Below, piece after piece: positions 25,824-43,865 of a stretch of DNA of 64,000 nucleotides; within the stretch, counting starts at the first letter, position 1; every line of letters begins with the position of its first letter. The notes beneath the pieces were generated by a model. That model saw nothing but the letters and a program-made list of their open reading frames with translations. It was not told the DNA's origin and searched no databases. This DNA is from the human T2T-CHM13v2.0 reference genome, Homo sapiens, in NCBI RefSeq assembly GCF_009914755.1, contig NC_060928.1; one strand, given 5' to 3'. Both the position numbers and the translations under genes were made by a program.

Positions 25824-26046
25824 CTGGGCAGGGCTGGGTGACTCACACCTGTAATCCCAACACTTTGGGAGGCTGAGGCAGGCGGATCACTTGAGGCCAG
25901 GAGTTCGAGACGAGCCTGGCCAACATGATGAAACCCCGACTCTACTAAAAATACGAAAATTAGCCGGGCATGGTGGCGCATGCCTGTAATCCCAGCTACC
26001 CGGGAGGCTGAGGCAGGAGAATTTCTTGAACCCAGGAGGTGGAGGT
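25824..26046 (+). mobile_element. Alu, 3'-truncated, fused to an inverted Alu
   Basis: Consensus stops at GAACCCAGGAGGTGGAGGT; no tail. Confidence 0.92.
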
Positions 26047-26249
26047 CCAAGCAATTCTCCTGCCTCAGCCTCCCAAGTAGCTGGGATTACAGGTGGGCAC
26101 CACAACACCTGGCTAATTTTTGTATTTTTGGTAGAGGCGGGGATTCACCGTGTTGGCCAGGCTGGTCTTGAACTCCTGACCTCAAGTGATCTGCCTGTCT
26201 TGGCCTCCCAAAGTGCTAGGATTACAGGCATGAGTCACCACACCCGGCC
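26047..26249 (-). mobile_element. Alu, 3'-truncated, inverted partner
   Basis: Begins CAAGCAATTCTCCTGCCTCAG and ends CACCCGGCC. Confidence 0.92.
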
Positions 26250-26334
26250 TAGAAAATCTTAATAACAGAAAAATATAAGAAAAAGAATGCTATGCCCAAA
26301 ATATGTCAAATATGTTATCTTTAGTTAAGACTGA

Positions 26335-26496
26335 GTACGTAAGTGACAGGGCCCCATGCAAAATGAATATGTGGAGTTCTTTTTTCGAAATATCATTAAT
26401 CTTGTAAAGACATAGAGCATTAAACCAACCATGAGGTCCCTGTAAGTGTGGGGACTTGTGTGACTGCACAGATCACATGCCCTTGAAGCCAGCCCT
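26335..26496 (-). mobile_element. MER45A-like DNA transposon
   Basis: GGGCCCCATGCAAAATGAA...AGAGCATTAAACCAA...GTGACTGCACAG...GAAGCCAGCCCTG. Confidence 0.7.
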
Positions 26497-26529
26497 GTCT
26501 TCAGTTAAGTCTTCTTATTGGAATGCCAA

Positions 26530-27410
26530 CTGCATTATTTCCTATGGCTGCTATAACAAATTACCACAAACGTGGTGGCTTTAAACAACACACATTTATT
26601 ATCTTATAGATCTGGAGGCCAGAAGTCAAAATGAGCTAAAATCAAGGCGTTAGCGTAGTTGGCTCCTTCTGCAGGCTCTAGGGATGAGCCCATTCCTTGT
26701 GCCTTCCAGGTTCCCAAGGGAGCTGGCGTTCCTTGTCTCCTGGCTCCACATTGCATAGCCTTTTTTCCTTTGCTTTCTTTGTCGCATTGCCTTCTCTCTG
26801 ACTCTGACTCCTGTACTCCTCTGTGTTAGTCCATTCTTGCATTGCTGTAAGGGAATACCTGAGGCTGGGTAATTTGTAAAGAAAATAGGTTTATTTGGCT
26901 CATAGTTCTGTAGGCTGTACAGGAAGCATGGCACCAGCATCGGCTTCTGGTGAGGCCTCAGGAAGTTTCCAATCATGGTGGAAGGCAAAGGGGAGTCAGC
27001 ATGTCACATGGCAAGAGCTGGGGCAAGAGAGAGAGGAAGAGGTGCCAGGTTCCTTTAAACAATCAGATCTCATGTGAACTAACAGAGTGAGAACTCACTC
27101 ATCACGGAGAGGATGGCACTAAACCATTGCTGAGGGATCTGCTCCCATGATCCAATACCTCCCACCAGGCCCCACCTCCAGCATTGGGGATTACATTTCA
27201 ACATGAGATTTGGAGGAGACAAACATCCAAACTATATCACTCTTTTATGAAAACCCTCGTGATGACCTTAGGCCCACGTGGATAATGCAGATAATCTCCC
27301 CATTTTGACATCCTTAGCTTGATTACATCTGCAAAGTTCTTTTTGCTACATAAAATTCCAGAGATTAGGGCATGGAACTCTTTGGAGGGTCATTATTCAG
27401 CCTGCTATAC
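26530..27410 (-). mobile_element. MLT1-type LTR interrupted by an MST LTR
   Basis: GGCTGCTATAACAAATTACCACAAAC... resumes after 27240 with GATTACATCTGCAAAG...CATTATTCAGCCT. Confidence 0.75.
26822..27239 (-). mobile_element. MSTA/B-type MaLR solo LTR nested in MLT1
   Basis: TGTGTTAGTCCATTCTTGCATTGCT...ACAAACATCCAAACTATATCA. Confidence 0.85.
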
Positions 27411-28385
27411 CAATAGAACCCTCTTTTTAAATGCCCAACGTGCTTTTGCTTACCAAAGCAGCCAAGAGAGATAGCTCCATGAAATCATAGAGTTGGAAAG
27501 TACTTTAACTTCTCTAGACACGGGAAATTTCCGACTGAATAGCTCATGGTCATACAAACTATAAACTTGTTTCTAAAATGGAACTTTTTTTTCTGCCCAC
27601 CCCACTAGTCCAGTCAACACTTGTGAATGCCCTATATCGGGATGTGTTTCAAAGATCTATTTATTTATGCAAGGCAGAAACTTAAGAGTCATCTTAAATT
27701 ATTTCCTCTCCCTCATGTGCCACTTCCATTCTCACCCCTACTTCTGACGAATCACCAAGTATTATGTATAACCTCAAAAAATTTCTGTGATCTGTTTCAT
27801 CCCACCATTGTCAAGTTTAGGTCTTCGTTATCTCTTCTACCAGTAGCCCTTCCTCTATTATCTCTCCATTCCAATACATCTTCTAAAGATCTGTAATGGA
27901 ATATTCCTTACAGCACTGACTAAACACCAGAAAATTGGAAATACCTTAAATATCCAGAAATAGAGAACCATACTCATGGTATAGTCATAAAATGGAATCT
28001 CACACAGCACAGAAATGAATTAGATTATGCACCTCAAAACAGATATCAAAAATATGATGTTGAGTGAAAAGCAGTTTGCAGAATATGCATGCATTATAAT
28101 TATAATTTTTTTGTTTTATCTTTTTTTGTTCTTCTCAAAAAAAATTTTTATTTTTTATTTTCTGCATGTATTATAATTATATATAGATTGATAGATACAA
28201 TTATATATTGTTTGTTGTATTATATAATGTGTATGTATAATTAGAGTACTATTTTATGTGTTCAACTTTATACACACATATGTATATGTCTGTAATCACA
28301 TACATGTATGTATATGTCTGTAATCACATATATGTATGTGATTATATATGTATGTGATATATACTTAAATAAGAGTACTATTTTC

Positions 28386-28782
<397 letters not shown>

Positions 28783-29249
28783 TCATCAAAATGGTCATCA
28801 CAAAATTCAGCATTGTGGTGTTCTCTAGGAAAGAAGGAGGACAATGTGGCCTAGCAGAAAGGCAGAGGTGACTTTAAGTATATCTTCATGTTTCTGTTTT
28901 ATTTTGGAAGAAAAGGAGGAGATTTAAAGCAATATGGTAAGACATTCACATTATCTAAAGCTGGGTAAAGACTATGTGGATAATTGTTAAATGCTGTGAC
29001 GATATTTTGAAATGCCTTATAGTCAAAAAGGGAATAGAGTGCCTCAAGAAGCATGAAATCCACATGCAGACTTTCAGGGATCTCTCAACATAAGTAGTGA
29101 CTCCACCAAATCAACCCAAAGCAAAGCTTGCCAGTCATCGGGCGCTGCTATGTACCCTAATCTCCCACTGGCTTTTGATGTTCTCATTATACTATGCAGA
29201 AGTCAACCAAGGATCACCAGACATTTGAGGAAACACTCCCATTTGAAAG

Positions 29250-29960
29250 CCAGAGAACAAATGACCTCAGATGAAAAAGAAATCCTAAGTGGCATCCTCA
29301 GAAAGATTAGAGAATACAATGCATTCATAAAGTGCAAGATTCTATAGTAAAGGGACAACCAGAAGACAATGAGATAAAGAGTCATGGAAAGTATGTACAT
29401 TTTGGAAGATAAAGTCAAAGAAATCTTCCAGAAAGTAAATAGAAATGGAAGAAAGGTAGAAAATATGAGAGAAGAGACTGAATGATGGAGAAGATCAATC
29501 CAGAAGTTTCAATACCTGAATAATAATATAGTCATGATGATGGTGATAGAAACAGATAGTGTAAAAAAAAAAGAACAAAAAGATTACAAAAACAAAGTCC
29601 AGAATTGAAGAGCATGAATCTCTGCATTGAAAGGCTGCATTTATTGCACAGAACAATAAATATGTATATATCCATATCTAGATACAGCATCACAAATGAT
29701 AAAGACAAACTCTATAACAGTTTACTTATAAAGGAAAGAGAAACAGGCATCAGAATTTTCACCCACACTGAGCTAAGAAGACAACAGAGCTCTTCATTCA
29801 AAGGTTTGGAGAAATATTATTTTCAACCTAGAATAACCCACTGACCTAGTGTGATGAATGAAAAAGACATTTTCAGGCTGTAAGGCTTCAGAAAGCTTAC
29901 CTCCTACACTACTATTTCTTAGTAAATTATTTGAGATATTTTCTGGCAAAAATAAAGTAA
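29250..29960 (+). mobile_element. Ancient L1M (ORF1-region-like) remnant
   Basis: A-rich with GAAGATCAATCCAG...TTTTCAACCTAGAAT resembling old L1 5' segments. Confidence 0.4.
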
Positions 29961-30219
29961 GTAAATAAGCCAAGGGATTCTAGTATCCAGGATTTTAATA
30001 CAGGAAAGAGAAAAGGCATGAGGGAAAATCATAGGATGACCCCTGGGGAGCAGGTATAGATACCCATGCCGATGACCACTGGAGGAAGAACATGTCTGCT
30101 GGTAATTTGCCGGTTGTGAGAGAACAAGAGGAGCCTTTTAGAATACTCTGTTTAATAAAGACATTGGAAAAATTTGAAAATATATTTCTGTTTAGTAATT
30201 AAGAAAAACCTGTATGTAG

Positions 30220-30574
<355 letters not shown>

Positions 30575-31551
30575 AGTTTCACATGCTTATAATCAAAATA
30601 ATGTAACTACTTTGACTTCCACTTTTATAATCCACATAATGAAACAAGAGGCAATGATTCACTTATGCTAAAGAGCAGAATATGCATGTTCAGCCTTGAA
30701 GATGTAAAAGTAGAGAATACAGAGGCAAGAGATGGAAGGGAAGACGACTGAAGGAAAGGCACTGGGCGGAGGATTATCTTACAAAGCCAGGAGCAAAAGA
30801 TGCTGTGTCTATAATGAAAAAAAGAAGTTAAAGTTTGAATATCTTATTTCAACTTGCAAAGGCAACCAAAAGAGAAAAACAAAGAGAAATAATTGTACAA
30901 AATAATTTCATGGAGGGGAAGTGATGATTCACATAAAAGAAGCAATTCTTTGTCTATTATAGCAGAATGGAGAATTTCTAAAATTGATAAATCAAAAAAA
31001 GAACATAAGAAAAAGATACAGATAAGAAAAAGTGGTTTCTTATCTCTAGTTTTCATGACTTTATTTCTAAATGATAAAAAAGAATTTCATGCAGAGGTAT
31101 TTGCAAACACTTCTCTGCAAATAAAACACTCTTGGTGTAGAGAGTCTTTACTTCCAAAAACCTCAAAGCCAAATTGGATAAAATGATAATATAGGATATA
31201 ATTTCTCTTTGTATTTTTTAATTGCTGGAGAAATCTTGATCTGCTACATATGAATTTGGATCACATACCTGGAACTCCGGTAGCTAGAAAAGTTCACCTT
31301 GATGCTTGAAAATGCTGTAAATTGTCATTTTTTTACTTCCATTTTCTTGCATCAGTAATATCTTTGCCGTTTCATTTTGTCTGTTAGTCAGTATGGATAT
31401 TCATTAAAAATAACTATAAAGAAGTAGTTCAAAACTCCATGCTGATCAACATGATGGTGGGGAGTAAATAGCACACCAGGTTAAGTGTCTGATTCTGCAT
31501 ATGCTTGTCTAATCACCACGAACCATGATATGCATGCAGAGCACTCAAAGC

Positions 31552-31856
<305 letters not shown>

Positions 31857-32075
31857 TCAAAGCTCTTTTAAAGACAGCAAGAGGAGAAGATACATCACTC
31901 TTTACTCTGAGATTCAAATAAAAATCGTGAGAGCATCCCACTTGTAGTAGGAGATGCAATGGCCATCACTTTTTTTCTGGGAATTTTTGAAGGGGTTGGG
32001 TTGGGAGAGATAGAGTAATTCTTTTTCTTCTATAGACTTCTCACTGCAAATTTTTGCTTCTGCTAAATTATTTGA

Positions 32076-32395
<320 letters not shown>

Positions 32396-32881
32396 TGTGC
32401 TGTTCATTTTTCATACCATGTTAGCTCATGCTTTGCCTACTCCCATCCTTTTCATTCCCAAACAGTACTTCATCAGATCATGTTGAGTTTGGCTGTGAAT
32501 AATATAAAACACAAAATAGCAGTGTATTTTCCTCTTCAATACATTAAGTTAGGGGTAAGGAAGGCAAGTGGGTATGGCAGCTCCATGATGAGGAAGACCC
32601 CAGGCTCCTTCTGCCTTGTTGCTCCACCATCCTCAGGAAGTGACCTGCACTTCATGGTCCATGATGGCTGTTCCAGCTCCACCTCCAGCTCCAGCCATGG
32701 CCCCTCATCCCTTTATTCCAGTCAATAGAATGGGGAAATGAGCAAAGAATTGCATGCCTTTTCTGATAAGGGCATTTTTGGATGCCATATGTACTCTAGA
32801 TCTACTCATTTCCCGTTGACTAGAACATGGTCACATGATCACACTGAGCTACAAGCAAGACTAGACAATTCAGTTTCTCTC

Positions 32882-33008
32882 TTTTTTCTTTGTTTTTCTT
32901 TCTTTCTTTCTTTCTTTCTTTTTTTTTTTTTTTTGGACAGAGTCTTTGCTCTGTAGCACTCTACCCTGGGCAACAGAGTGAGACTCCCTCTCAAAAAAAA
33001 AAAAAAAA
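32882..33008. mobile_element. Two fused, oppositely oriented Alu 3'-end fragments
   Basis: T-tail+GGACAGAGTCTTTGCTCTGT joined to GCACTCTACCCTGGGCAACAGAGTGAGACTCCCTCTC+A-tail. Confidence 0.8.
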
Positions 33009-33038
33009 GATTTTCTATATCAATGGGGAAATCTTTTT

Positions 33039-33128
33039 TTCTTTTTTATTTTTTGAGATGGAGTCTTGCTCTGTCGTCCAGGCTGGAGTGCAGTGGCATG
33101 ATCTCTGCTTACTGCAACCTCTGCCTCC
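33039..33128 (-). mobile_element. Strongly 5'-truncated Alu
   Basis: TSD GGGGAAATCTTTTT at 33025-33038 and 33132-33145. Confidence 0.9.
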
Positions 33129-33588
33129 AAGGGGGAAATCTTTTTGAAAAACCTACGTCCCCACGCAGCTGAAGAAATTGCTTAGCTTCTCATATTGTAT
33201 TGGATTTGGGCTCTGCCTTCATACTGGGAGGTATAAAGTGTGGGGAGTTAGAAACCACAGTCTTTAGAGCAGGGCTGCCACACTGCACAAGTCCAGGGGC
33301 TACCATTCATATGGGATGACAGGCATCACGTGGCAGAGCTGGGACTAATTTCTAGGTTTATCAAGTATGCTTTAGGACTTAGAAGCAAGGCAGTCTCCCT
33401 GTATTTTCGTGTCCACATCTCTAGAATGGAAAATAATCGTAGCTATTTTGCAAAGCCTTTGTATGAGTTGAAATGAATGGTTTCACTTCTAATGAATAGA
33501 AAACTCCACATTGGTTTAAACACTAAGGAAATGTATAGTCTCATCTCTCATGAGGTCCAGTGGAAAGGGAAACCTCAGGGTTGGTTAA

Positions 33589-34119
<531 letters not shown>

Positions 34120-34151
34120 TAAAGAATGACAGCCTATGGTGGTGCTTCAGT

Positions 34152-34331
34152 CAGGCCCAGAACTGGCACCGTGTGCTGATGACCTGTGCAGTCACATGGA
34201 TCCCGTGCTTGGAAGGATCTTGCACTTGGTTTAATGCTGCCGTCACTATCTTGACCTTCTTAATACCTTTCGAGCACAGGGCCCCCATTTTTATTTTGCA
34301 CTGGACCTTGCAAATTCTATAGCTGGTCCTC
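34152..34331 (+). mobile_element. MER45A-like DNA transposon
   Basis: GACCTGTGCAGTCACA...CTTGGTTTAATGCT...ATTTTGCACTGG...TAGCTGGTCCT. Confidence 0.7.
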
Positions 34332-34971
34332 GTCTGGACTTGCCCTTTGGGCCTGAGGATTGAGCCACCCTTTGAAGAACGTGACTCCATGAGGATACCT
34401 GAGAGGGTACCTGACTACAATGACAGCCATTTTCCTACACCTGTTGTGAGAATGGACATGGTCAGTTTCAACACAAGTTAGTTGACTTAAAGTTCAATGT
34501 TCAAGGGAGTCACTAGAGTGGGAGCATTGGGCAATTGAAAGGACTCACAAGACCCCAGAGGGTGTGCTCATTTAGAGCTTTAATATAGGCAAAAGATGGT
34601 AGAGCAGGACAAGGAAAGTGCAGAGAACTTGGAAACGTCCAGAAGCTTTACCTTTATTATTATTTTACTTTATCTTTAGATTGTGAACCGCCAAAGTCTG
34701 TGTGAGGTGCCTCGGTCTCAGGGTCAGTAAAATTTTCATTGAATATTTCCCCTGTGAGTCTAGAGAACCTAGCTAGAGGGTGGTGGTATTTCTAAAGATA
34801 AAGCTCTCTTAATTGTTCATATTTGGCCATGTGCAGGTGAGGAGCCGTAATCACAAAATCCAAATCAGGAATAATAAAGTCCACTTCCCAGGTATTCCAT
34901 GAAAAGTAAAGAAAGATGACACAGCATCTCACTTATTGATTAAATAAGGTGATTAAGCTATTGATACATAA

Positions 34972-35453
<482 letters not shown>

Positions 35454-35456
35454 TTA

Positions 35457-35819
<363 letters not shown>

Positions 35820-36433
35820 TCAGTCTTTTTTTTCTTTTTAATGGGAGATATAATGGGGAATTTGAGTTGTGTATATGTTTAGAAAGGGACTCGAGTAAAA
35901 AATGGTAATTGCTTGCAAATATCATGAGAGACTGCAGAAATGTGTTGACTGCTAGTAAATTAGTAGTAAATTGAGTTTTATAGATAACATCATTTTAGAT
36001 GGGTGCATTATAAGGCTTGGTAACAAAGAATGACATTTTAAAAAATAACCAATTAAGATAATGTTCCAAGGTACGCCATTACATAGTTTTACACATTTGC
36101 AATTCTATTAACAGAATTTTCTAGTTTACTCTTCCTGTCACACAATGCCAGAGTATGTTTCATGTTGTACGATCATTTTCTCTCTTATGTATCCCCAAAT
36201 CATTTGTCCTTTCTCAAACATATCCCCATACCACCTTTAACAAATTTTAATTATTTAGTGTATTCTTATATAACTAATTTTTTTAAAAGTCATCGACATT
36301 TTTTAAAAAGTCACAGTACAGAGTTGTTTTTACAAACATAGACTAATTCTACATGCATCTTTCTGTAAGGTTCTTTAATCACTCAACATTCTATAATGTA
36401 TATTCCAATAGGAAAATTGATGCAGCCCCAAAG

Positions 36434-36740
<307 letters not shown>

Positions 36741-37685
36741 CCCAAAGCATTTTTTTAAACAGTTACATAATATTCCACAGCAAGGGTATATTCAAGTTAA
36801 TTTAACCATTGATTTGTTAACAACTTTTTTTTATTTTTTTGTCTTATCACTTGGCGAATGATGCTTCAATAAACACACTTTACCAATATACTCCCTACTT
36901 CAGTAAATATGCTTTTAATTCTATAGGATTTAATTCTAAAGGATAAATTTCCAGAACTAGAATTGGTAAACAAAAGGATACATATTTTTTTATTTTAAAA
37001 GAGTTTGCCAGATTAATTTTCACAAAGTTGCCGTCATTTTAGTGTTCATTGTTTTGAAAACATTATGGAACCTACTGTCTTGCCCTCCCATCATTCCCCA
37101 ACTATCACTGGGTTCAACAAGTCTTTTGAACGTTTTTCCATGTATTGAGGGAAAAACATCTTAACCCACTGTTAAACTCGGCATTTCCCCGATTATTATG
37201 GAGTTGAGCTTATTTCATAGGTCTGTGAGCATCAGGATTTCCTCTTCGGTAAAATGACTATTTTTATCCTTTGACTATTTTTCAGCTGGGTTATTTGTCC
37301 TTATATTATGAATGTATGGGAGTTATTTATGTATAATATGTAGGAATCCTTTATTGGACATATGTGCTTCCAATATTTTTTGCAGCCCGTTCTTTGTCTT
37401 CTGACTTCATGTACTGCCGCCTGTCAAATTGTAGATATTTGCATAGTAAAATGTTTCTTTATTTCCTTTCATTTTTTTGAGTTTCCTGTCTTGCTTAAGA
37501 AGTCCCCCCAACACACATACCACTGCCACCAATGCCAGAGGCATATAAACATTGTCCTAGATCTTCTACCTTTTTTTATATTTTTATATTTAAACATTTA
37601 ATTGTCATGGACATTATTTTTATATAGTCAAAAGGAAAGCTCTACCTCCCCCGCTGCTGCTCCCATTTGATAAGCCGTTGTTCTA

Positions 37686-38025
<340 letters not shown>

Positions 38026-38059
38026 CTATATGAATTTTTGGTCTATTTTCCTCTCTTTG

Positions 38060-38965
38060 ACCATTACCATTAAATACTTTAATTTTATTCAAGTAAAAGC
38101 GGAATCATATATTTGACATGAGAACTAAGTATTTCATATCGTTAAATTAGTTTGAATTAGATATGCTTTTTATTATGTATCAGGAATAACTTACTTTCTT
38201 TAACATTTATTTGTCTTTACATTTATTTGAATAACTATGTAATGAGTATCTGTTTCCTACATTTGGTAATATAGGTATACATTAATAATATCAGTAACTG
38301 GATTCTTGATCTAATCTCTAATTTATGTTGAACTGTCCCTGTTATATAGTATTTCCATAATAACTTCAGGCATTTTAGTCAAACCTTACACTTTCATCAA
38401 TTGTAAAAATTAAGATGTTAATTAAGATGTTACATTAGTTGTAAAAATTAAGATTAAACGTTCCAGACGAAACAACACTGGGTCCACTTACAGTCATGCT
38501 GTTGTGAGAGGTCCTTGGACAGCTACTGCTTCCATTTCAATTCAGACTCCTTTGGCCAAAGTAACAACCTGGTAAGCAGCTCTACCTGGAAAATTAGTCC
38601 TGAAGTACTGTTTGTAAATTACACTGACAGTACTGAAGTCATTTATGTCCACCAGCAAAATTGTTTACCACATTAGTGAAGTCACAGCCTGCAGTCTTCA
38701 GAACTTCACCCATTTTTGTAAGAGCTTGTTTAGCTGCTTTGGCTACCTCTCCTGCCACAAGCTGTGCATTTGAAGAGTCCATGACTAGCTGTCCTGAAAT
38801 GTAAATGGTCCTGTTGACTAACACACCTTGGCCATATGGCCCAAGGACCCTGGGGGCTTTTGCAGTCCTGATCACCTTTTTAATCAAGGATGACATAGCT
38901 AACCCTTCTCTTGAGGCCTCTCTGGGAGAAGAAGCCACCACACCACCCCTGCTTGCTTCTCACCT
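38060..38965 (-). pseudogene. Processed pseudogene of RIDA (HRSP12/UK114, RidA/YjgF family)
   Basis: ATG 38896: MSSLIKKVIRTAKAPRVLGPYGQGVLVNRTIYISGQ...GCDFTNVV, then a frameshift, then TILLVDINDFSTVSVIYKQYFRTNFPGRAAYQVVTLAKGV*IEMEAVAVQGPLTTA*L* ending at 38488. Intronless with two premature stops; 3'UTR-like tail with AATAAA near 38227 and 38089 (3' boundary approximate). Confidence 0.9.
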
Positions 38966-39517
38966 GAGTTGATATTATTTTCTAAAAATGTCTGATAGGA
39001 TTCATTTTGGTCCAGAGCTTTTTTTTTTTGTGAAAAAGCTTCTCATTTGTCTTAAAGTTGAGGGGCCATTCAGATTTTCTATTTCCTCTTGTATTGACCT
39101 TCATCTGTAAAGTTATCTTTGTCAGCTTCACTGGAATAAAAGTGCTTCTGATATTTCTTTAATATCCCTTCAATGTCTGTAGTATCTGTTGTGTTGTCTT
39201 TTATTTTTTATTATTGGTTAGTGTGTTCTTATGTTTTGATTATTTTAGCTAGCTGTTTCTTAATTTTCTTAATTGTTTTAAAGAACCAACTTTTAAGCCA
39301 TAAATGCTTACACTGAGTCTTTGTATTTCAAGGGCAGCTGCATTCCTCAAATTTTGGTAAATGGCATTTCATTATCATTCATTATGAAATATTAATTGTT
39401 TTGCTTTCTTCTTTGACCATGTAATTAAAAATGTGTTACTTTCAAATATTTGAAGATTTTTCTAAATATCTTACTGTTATTATTTTTTATTTAATTATTT
39501 TTTAAAATGCATATATT

Positions 39518-39802
39518 GGCCAGGCGTGGTGGCTCATGCCTGTAATCCTAGCACTTTGGGAGGCCGAGGCAGGCGGATTGCCCAAGCCGAGGAGTTTGAG
39601 ACCAGCCTGGGCAATATGGAAAAACCCCATCTCTAATAAAATACAAAAAAATTAGCCTGGCGTGATGGCACATACCTGCAGTCCCAGCTACTTGGGAGGC
39701 TGAGAATCACTTCAACACCTGGGAGGCAGAGATAGCAGTGAGCCAAGATCGCACCACCGCACTACAGCCTGGGTGACAGAGCAAGACTCTGTCTCATTAA
39801 AA

Positions 39803-39820
<18 letters not shown>
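39518..39820 (+). mobile_element. Alu
   Basis: Consensus plus A tail. Confidence 0.93.

Positions 39821-39858
<38 letters not shown>
39821..39858. repeat. (TA)19 microsatellite on Alu tail
   Basis: Perfect TA run. Confidence 0.95.
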
Positions 39859-39862
<4 letters not shown>

Positions 39863-40247
39863 CTCACAGAATATAACCTTTATATTTTTTCAGTTCCTTA
39901 ACATTTATTGCGATATGTTTTAGGCCCCGGGAGATGGCTCTTCTTGAATATTCTATGTGGACTAGGAAAAGAATGTGTATCTATACTTGTTTTGTGTTGT
40001 TTTGTGAACTAGTCTGTAAATGACGATTAAGTCTAGTTGGTTGATAGTGGTGTTAAAATTTTCTATATATCCTTATTCATTTTTATTTGCTTACTTTATC
40101 AGTTTCTGTGAGTTGTGTGTTAAAATTTCCAAATATACTTAGTTTTCCCTTTCAGTGCTCTCAGTTTTTGCTTCTGAATATGTATTTATTTAAATAGTAT
40201 TCTATTCATATTGTGTGGTTTCAATGGCTTATCTCTCCATGAAATTA

Positions 40248-40706
<459 letters not shown>

Positions 40707-41347
40707 TCAAGCTTCTCAGTGTTCACATTTAAGAGTGAGGCACGAACATGTGAATCGAAACTTGTACGTGCATGGATGAGCTCCACTGCAGCACGAGACA
40801 GTGGGAATCTGCTCTTTTATGAAGGAGTCTATTCTTTGATGTCCTTTAGGAAGGATCAGCATTTGTAGCAGAACTGCTCTGTTCTCTTGTTTTAGGGTTA
40901 TAATTCTATCAGTTCTTCCTTGGAATCAAATGTTTAAAAGGGGTTGGGGTTCTAAACTTTCGTAATGAAACTTTCACTTAAACTCCATTTTTCAGCACAG
41001 CACCCATTTCCCACTTTCAACTGTATCTTACATGCCTATTTCAAAATATTTCCTGGAGATGCATTGTCTTGATGGCTGCCAGGGTTGGGGAAGGCTGACA
41101 TCCTGACTAAGTAAACCTCTGGTTCCTGGGTGAGGGATGTGTTGATTATAATGGATTCTTACAATGACTGCTGATAAATAACTCTTCGTTTCGCCCCAGG
41201 CCCTTTACCAGTTTTTAAGGTTAAATAGTGACTCCAATTTCCAAGCCTTTCAAAGTTTTCATAATGAGAATCAGTTTGGTTCTTATTGAACTTCCTGATT
41301 ATAATTGAGTTTCTACAGGGATCAAAATTATGTCCTTATTTAGCTAT

Positions 41348-41998
<651 letters not shown>

Positions 41999-42400
41999 TC
42001 TTATTTAGCTATGTTTTAATTGGAAGCCTTATTACAGTGGGTGCATACATTTTGTATTTTACTAAATACTGCTAAATTGCTTTCCAAAATGCTATACCGA
42101 TTGATGTTCCAACTAGTAGATGAAAATTTTATTTTGTACATCCTCATCAGCTTTTGACATTATCTGAATGTTTAATTTCACCCAGTGTGATGGGTGAAAG
42201 TGCTATGTAGTTGCTATTTTAATTAACGTTTCTCTGGCTGCTATTGTAGAAGTAGCTGTCAGAACCACATGAAGCCTGGAAATGCTGGGGAGTCTTCTGG
42301 GTAATCATCCTTTGCCAGGCCTCCCAATAAGCACTGAGGAATGTTCTAGGGTTCATTTGCTCATTTTACTTTCATCTTATGGACTGCCAGTACCAAAATC

Positions 42401-42864
42401 TGTATTAGTCCCAGTTCTCTAGAGGGACAGAACTAATGGAATAAATGTGTATACACACACACACAAATATATATATATATAAAGGGGAGTTTATTAAGTA
42501 TTAACTCACATGATCACAAGGTCCTACAATAGGCTGTCTACAGGCTGAGGAGCAAGGGGAGCCAGTCCAAGTTCCAAAACTGAAGAACTTGGAGTCTGAT
42601 GTTTGAGGGCAGGAAGCATCCAGCACGGGAGAAAGATGTAGGCTGGGAGGCTAGGTCAGTCTCTCTTTTCCTATTTTTCTGCCTGTTTATATTCTAGCCA
42701 TGCTGGCAACTGATTAGATGGTGCCCACCCAAATTAACGGCGGTCCTGTCTTCCCCAGCCCACTGACTCAAATCTCCTTTGGCCACACCCTCACAGACAC
42801 ACCCAGGATCAATACTTTGTATCCTTCAATCCAATCAAGTTGACACTCAGTATTAACCATCACA
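42401..42864 (-). mobile_element. MLT2A (HERV-L) LTR
   Basis: TGTATTAGTC..TTCTCTAGAGGGACAGAACTAAT...GTTGACACTCAGTATTAACCATCACA; adjacent TACCAAAATC resembles the start of ERVL internal sequence. Confidence 0.85.
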
Positions 42865-43017
42865 AATAGGTAGCCAGGAAGCCCATTTGCCATTCTCATG
42901 GGGGTTGCTCACTCTTCAGGCCTCTCAGCATTCAGGCTGAAATTCCCTCTGTGTGGGTCCGTTGTCTAGTGCTGAGGGGTTAGGGACCAGGGAAGCCAGA
43001 CCCCATCTCCCACTCTG

Positions 43018-43071
43018 CTCCATTAGGCTCTATGTCATCCACTCCATTAGGCTCCATGTCATTCGCTCCAT
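43018..43071. repeat. 24-bp tandem repeat x2.2 (CTCCATTAGGCTCYATGTCATYCR)
   Basis: Direct reading. Confidence 0.85.
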
Positions 43072-43169
43072 GACAGTGGCTATTGGCATCCCCTGTTAAT
43101 TGCATCACCGACCAGCTGTAATAGAAACACAATAGCAAAGCTGGATATCTTAACTTACAGGCCTGTGTG

Positions 43170-43865
<696 letters not shown>

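Noticed and set aside
28279-28360. 28-bp tandem duplication in AT/CA-rich tract; similar micro-duplications at 8141-8170 and 38400-38453
   Set aside because: Ordinary slippage products with no functional cue.
42711-42721. DUX4 site in MLT2A LTR
   Set aside because: TGATTAGATGG departs from TAAYYYAATCA at two positions; the equivalent sites in the MST and THE1 LTRs are also degraded.
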